Shown: in pieces, positions 60,563 through 64,000 of the stretch
How the letters are laid out: the number at the start of each line of letters is the position of its first letter
Numbering within the stretch: position 1 is the stretch's first letter
Assembly (NCBI GenBank): GCA_021324515.1
Contig: JAJPIY010000079.1
Coordinates: 10-64,009, forward strand
Direction: 5' to 3'
Source of the DNA: Planctomycetota bacterium
GTDB lineage: Bacteria > Planctomycetota > Planctomycetia > Gemmatales > Gemmataceae
Length of the DNA: 64,000 nt
Made by a program: the position numbers and the translations under genes
The notes under the pieces: model-generated
Seen by the model: the letters and a program-made list of their open reading frames with translations, nothing else
Database searches by the model: none
Told to the model about the DNA's origin: nothing

Positions 60563-61585
60563 ATGATTTCGATGCTTGTGACCGGAGGTTGCGGCTTTAT
60601 CGGCAGCAACTTCATCCATTACGTACTGGAACACGAACCCGATGTCTGCGTCGTCAATTTCGACGCCTTGACCTACGCCGGCAACCTGGCGAACCTGGCG
60701 GACGTGGCCCATCATCCGCGCTATCGCTTCGTGCATGGCGACATCACCGACCGCGACGCCGTGCGTGCCGTCATGCAGGGCGTCCACAGCGTCATTCATT
60801 TTGCGGCCGAGAGCCATGTCGATCGCAGCATCCTCGACTCTGGCCCGTTTGTACGTACTAATGTGTTGGGGACGCAAGTGCTGCTCGACGCCGCCCGCGC
60901 TGCGGGGGTGGAACGCTACATTCAAGTGTCCACCGACGAGGTTTACGGCAGCCTCGGCCCAAGTGGTTTTTTCACCGAAGAGACGCCGTTGGCGCCCAAC
61001 AGCCCCTATGCAGCCAGCAAAGCGGCTTCGGATTTGCTCGTGCGCAGCTATGTTCATACTTTTCACTTTCCCGCCCTGATCACGCGCTGTTCCAACAACT
61101 ACGGTCCCTATCAATTTCCGGAGAAGATCATTCCGCTGTTCATTAGCAATCTGCTCCGCGATGAGCCGGTGCCGGTCTACGGCGACGGCCAAAACGTCCG
61201 GGACTGGATTCATGTCCGCGACCACTGCGCCGGCATCCTCGCCGTGTGGCGATGCGGGCGGGTCGGCGAGGTTTACAACCTGGGCGGCCGTTCCGAACGC
61301 ACCAACTTGCAGCTGACCCACGCTTTGCTCGATGCCCTGGGCAAGCCGAAATCGCTGATCCGCTTTGTGCCGGATCGTCCCGGCCACGATCGCCGCTATG
61401 CCATCGATTGCAGCAAAAGTGAACGGGAGTTGGGTTGGCGGCCGGTCATTGCCTTCGAGGACGGCCTGCGGCAAACCATCGAGTGGTATCGCAGCCACGC
61501 CGACTGGATCGCCGCCATTCGCACGGGTGAATATCTCCAATACTATCAGCGGCAGTACCGATCCATGTTTAGCGACGCTTCCTAG
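60563..61585 (+). CDS. rfbB: dTDP-glucose 4,6-dehydratase
   Basis: It has VTGGCGFIGSNF, AAESHVDRS, STDEVYG and YAASKAASD. The ATG at 60563 lies within ORF 60422..61585. Confidence 0.9.
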   Translation: MISMLVTGGCGFIGSNFIHYVLEHEPDVCVVNFDALTYAGNLANLADVAHHPRYRFVHGDITDRDAVRAVMQGVHSVIHFAAESHVDRSILDSGPFVRTNVLGTQVLLDAARAAGVERYIQVSTDEVYGSLGPSGFFTEETPLAPNSPYAASKAASDLLVRSYVHTFHFPALITRCSNNYGPYQFPEKIIPLFISNLLRDEPVPVYGDGQNVRDWIHVRDHCAGILAVWRCGRVGEVYNLGGRSERTNLQLTHALLDALGKPKSLIRFVPDRPGHDRRYAIDCSKSERELGWRPVIAFEDGLRQTIEWYRSHADWIAAIRTGEYLQYYQRQYRSMFSDAS

Positions 61586-61603
61586 GAGCGTCGGAGAGTT
61601 GTC

Positions 61604-62590
61604 ATGCGTATCCTGGTGACAGGGGTGACGGGTTTTGCAGGAAGCCACTTGGCCGAGGCGCTTCTGGCGCAAGGGGGGCATCGCGTCATCGGGGTAGCTC
61701 GCCAGGGAACATGGCCCGAGGCGTGCTGCCATCTGGCAGCGCAGGTGGAGTTGTATGCATGTGACCTCTGCGCCGGCGAGGCGCTGGAACAGATTTTGCG
61801 CGCCGTGCAGCCAGAGCGCATCTATCATTTGGCCGGCTACCCCCACGCCGGCCGCTCGTTCCAGGAAGCGGACGCGGCCTGGCAGGGCAATTTGACGGCA
61901 ACGCGCAGCCTCTATGACGCGGTGGTGCGCTGGGGGGGACGGCCGCGCATCTTGTTTGTCGGCAGCGGCCTGGTCTACGGCGATAGTGCCACCGGCGTCC
62001 AGGGCTGTTCGGAAAACGACCTGCTGCGGCCGGACAATCCCTACGCCACCAGTAAAGCGGCCGCCGATCTGGCCAGCTACCAGTACACACGCTATCCGGG
62101 CCTGGACATTGTGCGCGTACGCCCGTTCAACCACATCGGCCCGCGGCAAGCGCCGCAGTTCGCCGTCTCGAATTTCGCTCGTCAGCTGGCGGCCATCGAA
62201 AGCGGTCGCCAGCCGCCGGTCCTTCAGACTGGCAATTTGCAATCCTACCGCGACCTTAGCGATGTCCGCGATGTCGTCGCCGCTTATATGCTAGTAATGG
62301 AACAGGGGCGTAGCGGCGAGGTGTACAATGTTGGCTCCGGTCAGAGTTACGCTGTGCAATTCGTGTTGGAGCGGTTGATCGCGTTGTCAGGCGTCAGGGT
62401 TGAGGTACGGCAATCGGCCAATCTCCTACGAGCAGCGGACGCGCCCCATGTCCGGGCCAACGCCGACAAGCTGCGGCGCGAGACCGGCTGGGCGCCGCGC
62501 TTCCGTCTCGAGCAAACTTTGGCCGACATCCTGGCTTACTGGCGCGGACAAGAGCAGGCGAACCGGCCACGTCCGTTATCGGATAAATAA
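61604..62590 (+). CDS. NAD-dependent epimerase/dehydratase (GDP-4-keto-6-deoxymannose reductase-like)
   Basis: It has [22 protein letters not shown] and [20 protein letters not shown] is present. Confidence 0.75.
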   Translation: MRILVTGVTGFAGSHLAEALLAQGGHRVIGVARQGTWPEACCHLAAQVELYACDLCAGEALEQILRAVQPERIYHLAGYPHAGRSFQEADAAWQGNLTATRSLYDAVVRWGGRPRILFVGSGLVYGDSATGVQGCSENDLLRPDNPYATSKAAADLASYQYTRYPGLDIVRVRPFNHIGPRQAPQFAVSNFARQLAAIESGRQPPVLQTGNLQSYRDLSDVRDVVAAYMLVMEQGRSGEVYNVGSGQSYAVQFVLERLIALSGVRVEVRQSANLLRAADAPHVRANADKLRRETGWAPRFRLEQTLADILAYWRGQEQANRPRPLSDK

Positions 62591-62604
62591 AAGGGATAAA
62601 TCCT

Positions 62605-63912
62605 ATGAAGATCGCTGTCATCGGTACAGGCTACGTCGGTTTGGTGACGGGGACCTGTTTCGCAGAAAGCGGCAACGAAGTGACCTGTATTGACAAAGAC
62701 GCGCGCAAGATCGAGATGCTCAAACAGGGTCAATTGCCGATCTACGAGCCGGGCTTGCTGGAGTTGGTGCAGCGCAATCGCCGCGAAGGCCGCCTGCACT
62801 TCACGACCGATCTGGCCAGCGGCGTGGGACCGGCGCAGCTTATTTTCCTGGCCGTTGGTACGCCGCAATCGGCCGATGGCTCTGCTGACCTGTCCACCAT
62901 CTGGGCTGTCACCGACGCTTTGGCAGCCCTCCTCACGGGGCCGAAAATCCTCGTCATCAAGAGCACGGTACCAGTCGGCACCAATCGTGCTGTCGCCGAG
63001 CGCCTGGCCGCCCGGAACAAACATGCCATTGACGTGGCCAGCAATCCCGAATTCCTCAAGGAAGGGGCCGCCATCGACGACTGCATGAGGCCCGACCGCG
63101 TCGTCGTCGGCGTGCGCCGTCCTGAAGTGGCCGAGGTACTGCACGAGCTGTACGCACCATTCCTGCGCACCGAACGGCCGTTCCTCGTCATGTCGCCTGA
63201 AAGCGCCGAGATGACCAAGTATGTCGCCAACGCCATGCTGGCTACCAAAATCAGTTTCATCAATGAGATGGCCAATCTGTGTGAGCGCCTGGGCGCGGAC
63301 ATCAATGATGTACGCCGCGGCATCGGCCACGACGGCCGCATCGGCTTCCAGTTCCTCTTTCCCGGCGCCGGCTTCGGCGGAAGCTGCTTTCCCAAAGACA
63401 TCCGCTCCCTTATTCATATGTCCAAACAATTAGGCGTTGCTTGCCACATGATCGAGGCCGTCGATCGCGTCAACGAAGCACAAAAGCAAGTGCTGGTGCG
63501 CAAGGTGCGCGAACACTACGGCGACAGCTTGAAAACCAAAACGCTGGCCGTTTGGGGCCTGGCTTTCAAGCCCCGCACCGACGACATCCGCGAAGCGCCG
63601 GCGCTGGTGTTCCTCGAAGCCATGTTGGCAGCCGGCGTGCGGCTGCGCGTTCACGATCCCGAGGCCATGAACAACGTCAGGGCCGTTTACGGCGATAAAC
63701 TGGTTTACTGCGATCGGCCCTACGGCGCCCTGGAAGGAGCGCACGGCCTGGTGATCGTTACGGAATGGCAGGAGTTTCGCAATCCCGACTTCGAAGTGAT
63801 GCGGCGCCTCTTGGCCGAACGCGTCATTTTCGACGGCCGTAATCTCTACGATCCCAAGACGCCCGCCAGCTTCGGCTTCACCTATTATTCGATTGGACGC
63901 AAGACCGTCTAA
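62605..63912 (+). CDS. ugd: UDP-glucose 6-dehydrogenase
   Basis: It has [24 protein letters not shown] and the catalytic [10 protein letters not shown]. Confidence 0.95.
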   Translation: MKIAVIGTGYVGLVTGTCFAESGNEVTCIDKDARKIEMLKQGQLPIYEPGLLELVQRNRREGRLHFTTDLASGVGPAQLIFLAVGTPQSADGSADLSTIWAVTDALAALLTGPKILVIKSTVPVGTNRAVAERLAARNKHAIDVASNPEFLKEGAAIDDCMRPDRVVVGVRRPEVAEVLHELYAPFLRTERPFLVMSPESAEMTKYVANAMLATKISFINEMANLCERLGADINDVRRGIGHDGRIGFQFLFPGAGFGGSCFPKDIRSLIHMSKQLGVACHMIEAVDRVNEAQKQVLVRKVREHYGDSLKTKTLAVWGLAFKPRTDDIREAPALVFLEAMLAAGVRLRVHDPEAMNNVRAVYGDKLVYCDRPYGALEGAHGLVIVTEWQEFRNPDFEVMRRLLAERVIFDGRNLYDPKTPASFGFTYYSIGRKTV

Positions 63913-63913
63913 A

Positions 63914-64000
63914 CACTTGCTCGCGCTACGTGCTCCCAAGCACGCCGCGCCAGCAAGTGCTCCTCGCCTCCGCACTTGCTCGCGCTACGTGCTCCGAGCA
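63914..64000. repeat. Family D palindromic repeat, two direct copies (the second is cut by the window end)
   Basis: cacttgctcgcgctacgtgctcc occurs at 63914-63936 and 63973-63995. The first copy pairs imperfectly with caagcacgccgcgccagcaagtg. Confidence 0.75.

Noticed and set aside
59924-62242. A 772-aa open reading frame on the minus strand spans nuoA upstream DNA, rfbB and the epimerase gene.
   Set aside because: Only its last 135 codons (nuoA, with a clear ATG at 60331 and conserved motifs) are credible. The rest is antisense to two plus-strand genes with strong motifs. It has an Arg/Ala/Gly-rich composition typical of a GC-rich shadow frame.
1-64000. A CRISPR array was considered as an explanation for the repeated palindromes.
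   Set aside because: The repeats occur as isolated or paired hairpins with no regularly spaced unique spacers. No cas genes are present. They fit REP/BIME-like extragenic palindromes instead.

Overview
This is a GC-rich bacterial chromosomal window. It is probably from a planctomycete: it has a TIGR03067-like domain protein, many lipoproteins, weak Shine-Dalgarno usage and expanded complex I subunits, but this is an inference, not a proof. Gene content is mostly housekeeping. It includes ilvN, argJ, larB, xerD, mutM, cls, ispD, tig and two clpP paralogs. It also includes ilvC, rnd, prfB (with its classic +1 frameshift), korAB-type 2-oxoacid:ferredoxin oxidoreductase, lipA, tmk, holB and hemE. 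A complete 14-gene nuoA-N operon (43.5-60.3 kb, minus strand) is followed by a nucleotide-sugar cluster (rfbB, an epimerase/reductase, ugd). Two tRNAs are present: Glu-UUC and Leu-UAG. I saw no CRISPR array, rRNA, transposase or obvious multi-gene defence island. The most unusual observations are these. (1) The nuo operon is interrupted by a DUF433/DUF5615 toxin-antitoxin-type pair between nuoE and nuoF, and by a lipoprotein gene between nuoF and nuoG. Several membrane subunits also carry large insertions. (2) An effector-less NB-ARC/STAND-TPR ATPase lies directly behind ilvC. (3) One member of the ClpP pair has Asn in place of the catalytic Asp. (4) A lysine-free lipoyl-domain protein overlaps lipA. 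(5) At least four families of long palindromic extragenic repeats are present. Some supply the C-terminal codons of genes, split korA from korB, or bracket gene segments. (6) A Sm-like protein and an RNase HII-like protein with a large insertion are present. All functional calls rest on motifs read by eye from the translations. No database search was run.
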